64,000 nucleotides of DNA from NCBI GenBank assembly GCA_964057225.1, contig OZ059899.1, positions 6,510,001 through 6,574,000 of the forward strand, given 5' to 3'. Under the pieces are notes generated by a model. It saw nothing but the letters and a program-made list of their open reading frames with translations. It was not told the DNA's origin and made no database searches. Each line of letters opens with the position of its first letter. Position 1 is the stretch's first letter. Shown here in pieces: positions 27,101-40,338 of the stretch. The DNA is from Auanema rhodensis (taxonomy: Eukaryota > Animalia > Nematoda). Both the position numbers and the translations under genes were made by a program.

Positions 27101-29145
27101 CAGAGAAAAAAATTCTATTGAACTAGCCAATTTGTTTTTTTTAGAGTTTCGTGCTTTTAAACTTAAGCTTCAACTACTCTAAGATTGCTTTTTTTCTCTA
27201 ATACAAACTTCTTTTTTTCTACAAAATTCAATTCATGACTATCATCAATTCTCAATTCGCTATTGGAAAATTTTTATAGAAAATACAGCAGTTTTCTTAA
27301 ATTTTTAGCAGCACCTGAATACATTTACTTTACGAAAATATCTCTTTTAGGGTGGAAGTTTCTCTTATTCTACAATTCGGCTTCCTATCCAGCTTCTAAT
27401 CTTTATTTTATTGCTCATGACATATATATATTATACCTATATACATATATATATATATATAAACCGAAACTTTTGTCTAAAAAAGAAAGAAGAAAAAAAA
27501 GATTATTTTTATTTCTTTCACATTCGCTCAAAATGCTGCAATTAATACTTTAATTTTTCTATATTTTTTGTTTGGAAATATCTCTTTTTTTGGGCTGAAA
27601 CACACTTATTTCAAATTTGCAATACAGCCATATGCTTTTGATATCGAAAAATATTTGAATTTCTAATTTCCTCTTCATTTTTTTTTAGTTTTTTATATTT
27701 TTTCTTCTTATTTCTTCTATACATTCTATACATTTGTACCTTTTTGTCATATTAAAGCTAGATCATTAATGGTTTCCCTTTATTTCATTCTCATTCTTTT
27801 TATCGAATAGATTATATTGAAATTAGCAATCCAAACTATTTAGACTCTGTAAATTAACTATAATTTCTTTTTATCTCTCCTTCTAAACTTCAAAAAAGTA
27901 GACTTTTAAGGGATATTTTTGCTTATCGAACTATCTGACTTCTGTAACAACTTCATGACTCTTTACAACTCTTATAACAAATGCTTCTACTTCCTCTCAC
28001 AATTTCTCATTCAAAATATAAAGATATAGTATAAGAATGAATTTCTTTAGTATAGTAATAAAAATAATAATTATTATTATTCTCTTTCTGTTTCATTTTT
28101 CTATTATCGTTTTGATATAAGAATATAATTAAAAAATAATATGGAAAATCACCTCGATTATGAGCAAGTGATGGATCAGAGATTATCCTTATAAGTTGAT
28201 CTTTCCGTAAACCCAACATATTAACAGGATTATTCATATAACCAATTTTGGCCCAATAATCCTAAATTGATTTCTTGACTTTTATATAAAATATTTTGAT
28301 ATTAAAAGCATTTAAAGAAACAATGAGAAATAGAGATGTAGAGAAAGAAAGATAAAAAGAGAGGAAGAGGAGAGATTACATTATTTTCAATTTATCAGCT
28401 TTAAAGAAAATTTGAAGCGAAATGTGAATTCTTAAATATGCGGAACTTAATTGATTTTTGATCTGTTTACCAACTTATTTTTTGATTTTAATAAACTTAC
28501 TTGAACTCGTTCAATATAATGACCTCCAATATCAAAAAATCCCCAGCTTGGAATTGGTATAGCTATATCTCCTCCAATTTGCTATAGTTATAATATATAT
28601 ATATATATATACTAATCTAAATATAAGTAATTTATACCTTTTGAAAAGATGGGTCAAATGTTAAAGCAGCATGATATTGGTTACTGAATGGGTAAAGCGG
28701 CCAATAATCACCATTCGACGATCTACCCGGTAATGGCTGATAATTTCCTGAATCATAAATTGAGTATTTTTGCGGAAAAACTCGAAGAAACCTGGCAATT
28801 TCACTGGTTCACTACCAACTTTATGTTCAAGTGTATGATGATGTTTATGTTCAGACTCTGATCTTCGTATTTCTTGATCTTTCTGAAATAACACAAGACA
28901 CAAGATAAATTGATTTTTACAATATCTTAGTATAAAACAATATATTATACCTTCATGTTATCATATAAGTATTTATAATATCCTTCATCATCATCATTAT
29001 CATCATCATTGTGATCTTCATCATGCTTTTGATGATTATAGCGGTTATACTCATCAGAATCCGTATATTTATACGATTCAATAATACAAATTAGATAATT
29101 GAAGAATAAAATTAAAAAAAGACACTTTCTGCTGATCATAGACAT
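22467..29145 (-). CDS. Uncharacterised secreted nematode protein, paralog B (tandem duplicate with a His/Gly/Glu-rich tail)
   Basis: Signal peptide MSMISRKCLFLILFFNYLICIIES; acidic stretch with YYKYLY; GNYQPLPGRSSNGDYWPLYPFSNQY; QIGGDIAIPIPSWGFFDIGG; IGYMNNPVNML..SDPSLAHNR; QPTLPM..CKPPLCNPY; DGVEGELEFPIPIGKDIAYRVPISG; VITYGQNLSPIDP..RRRKR; acidic exon SSLIRDEID..EGGEGNEHPY. The His-rich last exon 22650-22467 joins in phase 2, and this final join is less certain. Confidence 0.8.
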
Positions 29146-29689
29146 TTAATTTGAAGAATGAAAGCAGGTCAACATGATGATCTTCCCCCAAATAAATGTC
29201 TTTGTCATCTTATCCAATCAATCATTCTTGATACATGTCTAAAAGTAAAAGTATCGAAGATAAGGATACTTTCAATTTTTAAAAAACAAAAGGAAATTGC
29301 CAAATGATGATATTTTGACATTTTTTTCAGATAAAACTTAGGTAACCATAGTTCAAAATGAATCATGGTAAACAATAATCTATTTTTGTTTCTTAATTGA
29401 TGGTTGTTTGGGGTTTAAACGTAACATTTTAAATCTATAATAAAGAGTAATTTAAACATATGTTAGCTACAAATCCATTAAATGTATAAGTTCAAATCTA
29501 TTTTTATATCAATTCTCGTATCAATTGTTATATAAATTGATGTATAAATTGATATATCTTCAAACTGATCTGAAAACAAGAAAAACCTTTTTATCTTTTC
29601 TTATATCATGTATTTGTCTTTTTTCTTTGTTATTTGCTTTTTTTTTCTTATTTTTCTTTGTTTTATTGGACTTCCTTTTAGAGCTCAGA

Positions 29690-32600
29690 ATGTTTCGTCT
29701 TATTCTTCTAATTTCTGTATTTCTTCCTTCAATTCAACAGAGAAATGCATTTTCAAATGTAGAGAAACATCCTAAAATTCATAAAGTACCAACTATTCAT
29801 GGACCCTTAGAAGAAGAGTCACACGGTAAATCTGATGTTTTTTATTTATTTGTATAATAATTTTATTAGAATATGAACTAACTCCTGCTCAAAGACTTAT
29901 GAGATATGTTATCAACAAGCGTGGACCAGATATTGTTAAACCAAAACGTAATAACAGTGAACCTGTACATATAACATTTAAAATGGAATTATATCAAATT
30001 ATAGAATTGGTTAGTTTATTAAAACTATATGAATATTAACATTGATTATTCTTTAATTATATTTATAGAACGAAAGACAACAATTTGTAGCTGTATCAGC
30101 ATGGGTTATTGAACGATGGTATGATGAGTTTTTATATTGGAATCCAGCAGATTTTAATAATATAACTGAAATTAAATTACATCATAGTCATGTATGGATA
30201 CCTGATACAACATTATATAATACGTTAGTTTCTTATTATATAAATAAATAAATAAAATCTATAGATTGGTTATGAAAGATGATGATCAAAGACGATTATT
30301 ATATGTTAAAATTACTACTGATTATTCAAAAAAAAGAGCTTATATTGAATTCTTATATCCAGCTATATATAAATTTTATTGTCGACTTTATTTACAGGTT
30401 GGAACAAAATTTTGTTAGAAGTAAAATATCAAAAACATATTTCAGTTTTTTCCATTTGATTCACAAACATGCCATATGATATTTGGAAGTTGGACATCAG
30501 ATAACACTGATATCGACTATACTTCCTTAGCTAAAGCAGTTGGAACTACAAACTATTTGCCAAATGAAGGATGGAGTTTAATGGCAACTGGAGGTAAGTG
30601 CATTCTATTCAAATTAAAATTTTAAATCAGAAAAATTTCTATAATTTTAAATATGATTTTGAGATATCATATTGTAGAAAGTATGTTTTCTTTGCTAAAT
30701 CCTCTGAACTCATATCATTGTGAAACCTTTTTTTTCTTATTCTGCTCACACGCTTATCTTAATAGGTCCTCCTGTAGGAAAGGAAATAGATGACAGTGAT
30801 CAGACGTTGCCTTTAGGAACAAACAACTACATTCCTAATGAGGAATGGGAACTTATGGGGTCTTTAGGTGAGAGATTCTGATTCCTCTGATTCCGTGAAC
30901 GAGAATGATTCGAAAAAAACAATGAAAATTTTTACTGATCATTGTAAAAATCGTTCATGAATATGCTTGCATGCATGCCATTGCAATCTTCGTTATTTCC
31001 ATTTTTTTATTTTATTTTCCATTGCAGTTTTTTTGCTTCTTTTATGTAGCTTGTACTGTGCTTTTTACTGGACTGAACTTCTTCCCATAGCTTTAAACAT
31101 ACCATGAATGCTTCTTTCTATGTTCCACACAATACTAATACCTTTTTCAAATTTCTATTTTTTCTTCTTCTTTATTTCCTTTTTTGTTTCATAAACTTAG
31201 CTTTGAAAGTAGATAATTTAAAAACTTAGTAGATGTTTAAGTACTCCTCTCTTAGATTGTAATACTTTGCCGTGCTTTTAGAAAATTTAATTTAAATAGC
31301 AAGTATAGTTCTGAAATGTTAAAAAATTCTGTTTTGTTTTGATAATTATTATTAAAATATTTTAAATATTAAACATTTAAAACTGTACAGAATTTTATGT
31401 TTCTTTTATTGTTCTTCTACAGCCTTTGTATATGAATTTCCTCTTACATTTTCTTAAGCAATGCTAGGTGATGAGATTTTTTCAAAGCATGAAGGAAAAA
31501 TGAAGACAAAAATTTTGTTGTTTTTTCACGTCATCCTTTCATTCCGGATAAAGAGGTTTTCAGGAATCTTGATTATGAATCAAAAATTGGTTAATTTTTA
31601 TTAACAAACGGCAAAAAAACTAATGAATCATAAGGTCCTCCCTGTATTCAAACCATACCCATCACCCAATCCCTCCACAATATCCTTTCCCATACTTTTA
31701 TTACAGCATGAGTGCATGTTATGCTCATTAAATGGTCTTGCGCATCTATTTTCTGATTTGTTTGTTTTGTTCAGAGATCGTTTTTTGGTCAATTATGAAT
31801 TTTATAACATCTTCATATATTTCAGCAGTTTTATATATATATATATGTATATATAGTATATATATATATAAATATAAATACATATACTAACTATATTTTT
31901 GAATCTTAATTTATTAAATAATTATAATATAATATATCAATAACGTTATACAACTTATAACTTAACACTATTATTAGTTTATAAATGTTATGATTGTCTC
32001 TCAATCAATCAAACATGAACATGAATAGGAGAAATCCATAATGTTCATATTCGTGTGCTTTATGCTATGCTTTTGCTATTTTAAATTAACAATTGATCTC
32101 AAAAAGATATTATTTTTTTCAATAATATTTGATTTTTTCTTCTTTTTATTTCATAATTTACAGCTAAGCGAAAAGAAGTTAAATATGTTTGTTGTCCAAA
32201 TAACTATACATTATTAGACTTCACATTATATTTAAGGTGATATCGTATTATTCGTATATTTTATATTTCATTATTCGTTTTTTTTTGCAGACGTAGACCA
32301 TTATTTTATTTGGTTAATTTAGTTATTCCAACATTCATCATAACACTTATTGCTATAACTGGATTTTTCACAACAAGGTAAAATTTAAAAATTTAATTTT
32401 AAAATATACACAGATAGTACTTATACTTATAAATATATATTTTTTAAGATTTATTAATTTATTTAAAATTATCATTTGAACTGAAACGTATATTCGTAAA
32501 CGTTTAAAGAAATTTCTTTGATAAATTTATATATTTATCACATTTCTTAATTATTTTCAGTTCAACAACAGGAGTTCGTGATGAGAAAATTTCATTATGC

Positions 32601-35414
32601 ATTACAACATTACTTTCAATGTCTATTTTGATGTTAATGGTCTCAGATCAAATGCCATCAACAAGCACTTTTATACCATTAATTAGTAATATTTTATATT
32701 TTTTTAAAATTTTTATAAAATAACAACTTAAGGTTGGTTTTATATGTGTGCTATTTTCATAATTTCAATAGGAGCATTAGCAGCATCATTTGTTATAAGG
32801 TATAAATTATAATTATTTTAAAAAATACAATAAACATCTATTTTAAGTGTTCAAAAGTTTGGAAAAGTTGGTGAACGGTTACCTAAAAAAGCTGTAGGAA
32901 TTACAAGATTTTTTTCTTCTCTTTCAATGACAAGAATTCCTCCACATATTATTCCAAAAAAGGATAAATTATTAGAGGTAAATATAAGTTAATTAAATTT
33001 AAATATAAAAAAAACATATACAAATATTATAAATAAGTTTATCTAATACATTCTTAGTATCAATAGATTATTTTATAATCTTTTTGTTGGTTTGTATTCT
33101 TATTTTTTAGTTTAACATTTACAATTAACTATAATAGGAAGAGTATAAGAAAAACTAAATTATATTGAAATTATAAATTAAATTTGAATATCAAATCTTA
33201 TAGTCTGCACAACTATTTCAAAATTATTTGGAGGTATATACTATGTATATGATTTGTTTTTTGTGATACTGTTCAAATTCATTGAATCATTTTCTAACAT
33301 AACCGCATGAATTAGACTCGTTTTTCTTTGTTTTAAATATAATCGTTTGAAGCTTAGCTTAACCATTTTATTTAGAAAATGCAAACAAATGGTCGAAAAA
33401 ATACAAAAGAACCTGAACGCAAAGGAACAACAATCGCTCAATTCGCAAAATATATATTTACGGCAGGAAACGAGGTTAGTTTGTTGTATTGAAACATTGG
33501 AAGACTGAAAAGAGGATTCGAAATGAATTACATGAAAGCAAACCAGTGTTGTGTCCAACACCACTTTTCCAGATTGCGTTATATCCTCCTTATATGAATT
33601 CTTGTGTAAGATACATATGTATATTTAGTAATATTATACTAGTTGTACATGTTACTTCTATAATTGTCGTAGAAAATAATGCTAATAATGCTTTATATAT
33701 ACATATTAATGTATATATATATATTTATATATATATATATATAAATATAAATATATATAAATACATGCGTTTTGTAAAATTCACTTTTTTTAATTTGCTT
33801 TTTTTTTCTGACACATATACACTCTTCTCCTCTTATCTTGGCATGTGTGATTCACTGTGAAATGCTTAAGCACAATTCAAATTCAACACGTAGAAGTGTG
33901 AAATCACTAGCTTTATTTATATTCCCATCTAGTTTTATTACCAAATTTGCTTGTAATATCAAACATAGATTTATGCTTTCAGATGCATTCATATCCTGGA
34001 AGTCAACCAAATGGATGTGGTAATAGCACAGAGACTTTAATGCAAAACTGCACGGGTACACATATATTATATTTACATACATATATTGAAAAAAAAATTT
34101 TTTTTTAAAATTGTTTGAAAATAAAAAAACTTTTCAATTTTTCCGAATTTTATTTCCCCATTTTCAGCAGATGCAACCAGAATAGTGGCAAACTTGAATA
34201 ATGCAGTCCTTGCTTCGTAAGTATTCATAAGTTTCAAACTTTAACTATAATTAATGATTTTCAACGATTTTCTCGTAATATTACTATGAAATTATTATAT
34301 GAGAATATTAAGATAAAACGTTAATAAATATTATTTAGAAAACGGAATGATATTAGGAGAACAACTTCTATAATGAGTGATCTTGGAGATGAGGAAGTGA
34401 TGTAAGTACATGCTTTATTTTCAAAAAAGCGTATCTCTTTTTTTCATCAGATAAATCCCTCATTGTTCAGAAAAATTTTTTTCAAATAAAAAGAAAAGTT
34501 GTTTAAAAAACGCAAATTATCATCACTTGTTTCAAAACGTTTTCGTACGTCCGTTCCCTCTGTTGCGCTTTGTTCATATCTCTTTTCTGATGTTTTTCTC
34601 TCTTTCTCTTTCTTTTATGCTCACTCCCTTCATTCCCTCTTAATCATCTCTTTTTTTTTTCGGTTTCTTTTCTCTCCTTTTCAATATTTATATCTGATAT
34701 TCACATTTGACTCTCACAGAATGTTCTGCTTTCTTTCACATCTCTTCTTCCATCTCTTTCATATTTCATCTTTCTCGAACATTCCGCAGTTGCATTATCA
34801 TCTTCCTTAAAGCTAATAGCCTAGCACTATTGTGAAAATGTGTAATACTTAACTGGCACAATGAGATTTCAGGCCAAAAGTCGTCTATAATTCTATATTA
34901 ATATTCTTAAAAGCCGAGATAACTGTTCCGCATACATCTTCCAAACCATATATATATAAAATTTCAAAATTCTTTTTGGAATCTTATTTTTCATGGTCTC
35001 ACCTTCACTTTCTCCTCGATGGTTTATCAGCTTAAAGCTAACAAAATTCAACAACAAATAGCTTCTTTAGAAAACAACATCTTTATAAGACAAGATGCTG
35101 TCTTGTCCGTCTTTTCTTTTAAATTTCAAAGAAACTAATAAACTTAAATCTTTAGCAAACACTGCTTTTATAAAACAAATAATCGTTTGTTTTCTTCTTT
35201 CATATATATAAATATATATTCTTTATTCAGGTCAACGCGGCATTTGGCTCGAATCGAGTACGACTGGTTGGCAACAGTTATCGAAAGATGCACATTTTTG
35301 GTGTTTCTTATCGTCTTCTTATGTTTCAGTCTTGGAATTAATCTAGTCGGAGTTTTCCATTGGCTTAACTCACAACCACCACCCAATGCAGTTCGAGTAT
35401 TAAATACTGTTTAG
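29690..35414 (+). CDS. Nicotinic acetylcholine receptor alpha subunit, nematode DEG-3/DES-2 group (DES-2-like)
   Basis: Signal peptide; ELYQIIELNERQQ..AWVIERWYDEFLYWNP; WIPDTTLYN; LVMKDDD; Cys-loop CRLYLQFFPFDSQTC; FGSWT; loop C YVCCPNNY; TM1 RRRPLFYLVNLVIP; TM2 RDEKISLCITTLLSMSILMLMVSDQMPSTS; TM4 EYDWLATVIERCTF. Confidence 0.95.
30766..30867 (+). CDS. Candidate symmetric cassette exon of the nAChR gene duplicating the loop F/beta9 segment
   Basis: aatag|GT CCT...TTA G|gtgaga; 102 nt, phase 1 at both ends like the host intron. Encodes GPPVGKEIDDSDQTLPLGTNNYIPNEEWELMGSL, versus the constitutive KAVGTTNYLPNEGWSLMATG. Confidence 0.7.
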
Positions 35415-35770
35415 TTATATATTAACTTTGTATAATTTGTTCTATTAAGACGGGATTGATCTCATTCAACAATTAATATGTACAATTTAACAACTAATCT
35501 TGATAAATTTCAGTAAAAGATTTTATGTTAAAAATATAATTATACATTATTTTATATTACAATGTAAAACGTCTCAAAACAATTGACGCATTCACAGCAG
35601 CACCAATAAAAGGAAAAAAAAGAAAAATGACCTATAAATCATCACAAAAAAAAGAAGAAGGTATATAGTTAAGAAATATAATTTGCGTAAAACATAAGAC
35701 CTGAGCATCCAAAGGTACCGTATAGAATGAAGGCAATAGATATGGTGCATCCGTTTCCAATAGATTCGAT

Positions 35771-38314
35771 TTATAACAGTTCGTTATAAGGAGTACATTG
35801 AATTTCGTCGTCATCTTCCAGATGTACTTCACTAAAAATATATTTAATTATTATAATTATCTAAAATTTATTTATTTCTTACAAATTTTCTACTCCATCC
35901 TCTTCATTAGCGGCATCCATGAGAGCCTCGTATTCCTCAATACAGTATCGATCCCAGTCAGTAAGCTCACGGCCACTTTCATCTTCTACACGAGCCTCAG
36001 AAACTACAAACAAATATTATTATTTAAAAAATATGTTATACTCAATACCTTCATTGGTTTCTTGATGATAGAACTTTCTCCAATTCACTAACGAGTTGAA
36101 GAACTTCGGTGCCATTTTGTTTCCTTTCAAGTCCGATAGCTTGAAAAGAGTTTTATTTTTTGGGTTAACTGCGTCAATTAACTGAAATGTGAAAATTAAA
36201 TAATTTGAGATAATTAACTATTATTTCTTACATGACAAACAACGTCTTCAAACTTTAAAGTTTCAATTCCTTCCTGAGATAAAGCTTCAATGATAAAATT
36301 ATGGAAATATTCCATATCGTAGAAAGAAATTTGTCCATCCCCATCAAGATCAAGGACTCTGAACCAGTATTCAGCACTGAATTAAATTAAAATTACAAGA
36401 TTTAATTAATAACACGATAAGTTATTACCTCATAGGATGAGTTTTATCCTCATCAGCAAGTAAAAAATTAGTATATTCACTAATATCAATAAAATCTGGA
36501 GATTTCTTAATTTTTGAAGAAGGTCTGATAGCTCCCGAAAAGATACGGTTAACAATAACACGTGGAATAGCTAAAATAAAATAAAAATAATAATTTAATA
36601 AAATATTTATAAAAGATTACCGTATTTGCCATGTCTCTCCATATCAGCGCGGCTAATTAGCATATCATGATTACTATCAAGTTCCCAGAAATTACAATAT
36701 ATAACATAAAAATGTTCATAACTAAAATTAAAATTAAATATAATACAGATAGAATACAGTATATTAACCTGAAGTAGCGGAAACTTTTGTTAATATCTTC
36801 ATAAATTTGGAGATCACGAATTTTTTCTAGGAGATCAGATTTTCTAATATCTTGTGCTGTGATTGAATTAGCCCACGGCCTATTAACATTCCAAAAAATT
36901 CGAGAAACAACCTGAAATATTAAAATGATGCTCAAAGTTTTAAAGAAAAAAAAACAAATGTTAACATACCACATCGCAATATTTGTCATGGAATTCAATC
37001 GAAGAGCGATAAAACTCCAAACCAGGATGACTATGAATAACATCCATGACAAGTGGAACGAAATGGCTTCGTGTTAACTGACTTCCAGCACCAGCAGTCA
37101 GTGTATACACAAATCTAAGAAAAAAAATAGTTGTACGTATTCTAAATTAGTGTTCGATTACCTAGCTGCTTCATCATGGGCTATTCCCGTCATGGCGCGC
37201 CAGAAGGCTGTGAAGTCCATTTGAGTAGCTGAGCGATTCTGAAGCATATGTATATAACATTTAGAATATGGTTATATATTTTATACCTCGTAACGAACTA
37301 AAGCATCAAAAAGAGGTTTCTTCCAGAATAAAGGAATACCAGCAGCTTCACAAACATCTCCAATATTTTCAAAATCACACTGAAACAAGTATGCTCAGAG
37401 TATGCATATCGGAAAAGATTCAATTTTTTTTATTTCCCTCTTGTTCATTAAAATGATCAGTGGACTAATATGATCAAAGACAACAGACACTAGCATTGCC
37501 AGTGATCCACCACATGTGTGTAATAACAGCAGAAATCACAAATCTCTGCTTAGAGGCTGATCGATGATTTCTCAATGTATATACTTCATTCTTATTTTTC
37601 ATATTGTATTGTTCTACATCCACAAAAGGACAATGTTAAAGATTAAATCCAACTTACAACTTGATTAGGAAGCGACCTGAACACTTCACAGACCCGTTTA
37701 AGAGCAGCATCGTTATCATATTGAGAAACTGGTTTTCCTTGAGGGAAATGGAATCTTTAAAAGATATTCGTTTAAAAATTGAAAAAGATTAAAGTTACTT
37801 TGGATAATTGATTAATGAACGAGGCTTTTGAGATCGTGGAATGAATCCATCATATTCCTTTTCAGGTTCAGCAGAACTATAATATTATACATAATAAACA
37901 TAAGCTTTACGACGACTTACAGAGATTCGTCTAATAGTCTGAAGCTCTTACTTGCATTCAAACCTCTAGCTAGTTTAGAGTTATCAAGTGAATTAGAACT
38001 ATCAGATGTTCCAGAAAAGCTGTCTTCTAGACACAGCTAAAACAAAATAAATAAATATTATAAAAACTATAACGTTAACAAAGTTACCTTTGCTATATGC
38101 CCATTCGTATAAGCTTCATCCACGGAATCATTAAGAAGTGAGCTATAAATTAATGATTTACTGTATATTTTTCGTATATATTAAATGAAATTTTAGAAAA
38201 AAAAAGATTATCCTACTTTGACTCATCTTTCGAAACTGTAAAATATGCAAATGCTGAATTTGGATCAAAAAATATAGCATTCGTAGTATATGGAGGAGGA
38301 CATACTAAGGTCAT
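35771..38314 (-). CDS. PP2A regulatory subunit B'' (PR72/PR130, PPP2R3 family), EF-hand core, multi-exon
   Basis: RFHFPQGKP; [15 protein letters not shown]; HDEAARFVYTL; HPGLEFY; [13 protein letters not shown]; EEDINK-like YEDINK; FWELDSNHD; [11 protein letters not shown]; [23 protein letters not shown]. Stop at 35771. The 5' start of the shortest isoform is uncertain. Confidence 0.92.
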
Positions 38315-39905
38315 TGACTTTCGGCGAGCCACCACAGTCTGTATGTCTAGACGGCGTGGTTTTCGCCTCCGATATGGCGGACGACGAGAATATTTATGGT
38401 AACCAACCAGCTTTTACTCGTCGTATATAGATCAGATCACATGTAGTGTTGGAGATTTGAAAAAATTATAAATGCAATTGGATTATGTTATATTGGAGAG
38501 TGGAATATCATTCAAATACCCGTCATGAAACTTTTTCAAAAATTTCAAGAGGAATATGGAACAGATTCAATATGTAGGCTTGTTGAACTATACAAGCTAG
38601 CTGGTTTGATAATAACGGCAGCGAAGAGGAAACTGGGCAGTTCTAACAAAGCTATCGAAAGCATGAGGCTGTTCTTCAGCGATTAGGCGCTTAGTTTAAT
38701 GTATGTTTTCATTCGTGCACCTAGTGACGCCATTTGTCAGTTCCTTTGTATCTCTTCTTCTCTTCTACCTATCGTCAGCCTGTGATCAACTCTATCGACC
38801 TACGCTTCTCGGTTGAGCAGTCAGCAAATTATCACCCACACATCTCACAGAAAAAAATAAAATATTCCGTGCATTATCGAAAAACAGTTTTCATGTTATG
38901 ATTGAATTATACAGAAATTGTTTTAAAAAAATATAAAAAGGAAAATATTCATGAGCAATCTTTTTCAAAATATTCATATTGAAACATACCGATTATTGGC
39001 ACTGTGCGGTGAATGTAAAGCAAGCTTCTTGAAATCACGCGTAAGACTAAACATCAAAATTTGCAAAACAATATTCAGAAAGGAATCATCTTACTTTGAA
39101 ACAGGTGTCGCGTTCAAATCAGCAGTTTCATTCCATGACTGATTACCCTGAAAAAGAAAAAAGAAGTAATATGTTAAATGAAAGGATAGTCAATATCTCA
39201 ATTTTATTCAATTTATTATATATTATATTTATGATTGTGAGCTATATTGAAGTTAGTATTGGCTTACGTATTTCCGTCTTAATAATTTCCAGACACGAAT
39301 ATTGCGTGGAGGAAGAACAAGCTCTCTAGTCATAGTTCCCATTATATGAAAACCGTTCTCACGTAGAGCATTGCCCATGAAGTATTGGTCAGTAGTACGA
39401 CAACAATCAACACTTTTCAGAATCACAAAGCTTGATTCGCCAGTTTAGAACATTAATTTTGGAAATATATAGCTAAAGGACTTATTGAAATTCATAAATG
39501 TCAGCTAGAAACAATAGAATAAAGCCCAGATACAGCTGAAGCAGCAAAACAACTGCTTTTCTCAAATCTGCTTCATTTAACCATGCTCCTCCCATCTCGT
39601 TTTCATGATGCTTTGGTGATAGATTTAAGGAGGGTGGAGCTATGTTTTTCCACACAAAATACCCGAAAACAACAAGCAACGTATAGTGTAATAGCATACT
39701 CTCCTCATCTAATAACATTCCAGGTTTCGTCCAGCTGTGTGACCGGCTGACGGACTCGAAGGCGGGAGCGAAGACAAGGGAAAGAAAAAAAAAGTATAAG
39801 TTAAAAAATATTTTTTTCCACTCATACTTATACTTTTTCTGTCGACCGATAGTCATTGATTGATTAGTTCTCTTTTCCCTCTAGGCATAAATGAAATAAA
39901 CTCAC

Positions 39906-40085
39906 ATTTTTTGATTTCCTTTGACTGTCAAATACTTTACGAACAATAGTTTCTAAAAATTGGCCAAGTGAGCGTGAACGATTTTCCGTAGCTTGAGCCT
40001 TTTTAGGAAATCGCTTAGGCTTCCGTGTTGCTAGCATAGAACATTCACAAAGCACCGCATCAGGTGGACGGCCGACGTCCTTCAT
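39906..40085 (-). CDS. Candidate alternative first coding exon of the PP2A B'' gene (60 codons)
   Basis: MKDVGRPPDAVLCECSMLATRKPKRF...SQRKSKN ends at a consensus phase-0 donor AAT|gtgagt. Confidence 0.55.
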
Positions 40086-40300
40086 TAGAAGGACAATTCT
40101 ATATCGGAGTACCGAAACACTAGATAAATACTTTTGAATATATGCAATGAAGCTGAGAAGTAAGTAAAAAAAGAGCAAAAGAAAAACAAACGATGAAAGA
40201 GATAGGTAGCGGAAAGAAAACGAAAGTAGGAGAAAAAACAGTCAAATGAGGTCTCAGCTAACCTAAGTAAACAATCTCGAGTCTAAACTATCTAATTACT

Positions 40301-40338
<38 letters not shown>

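Noticed and set aside
39482-39856. 124-aa minus-strand ORF with two hydrophobic stretches
   Set aside because: No convincing splice acceptor or link to neighbouring exons and no family motif. It is probably intronic, though not fully excluded.
40013-40023. Telomere-like CTTAGGCTT (also ~47170 and ~58650)
   Set aside because: Isolated ~1.5-unit matches, two of them inside candidate coding exons, with no adjoining pseudoknot seen.
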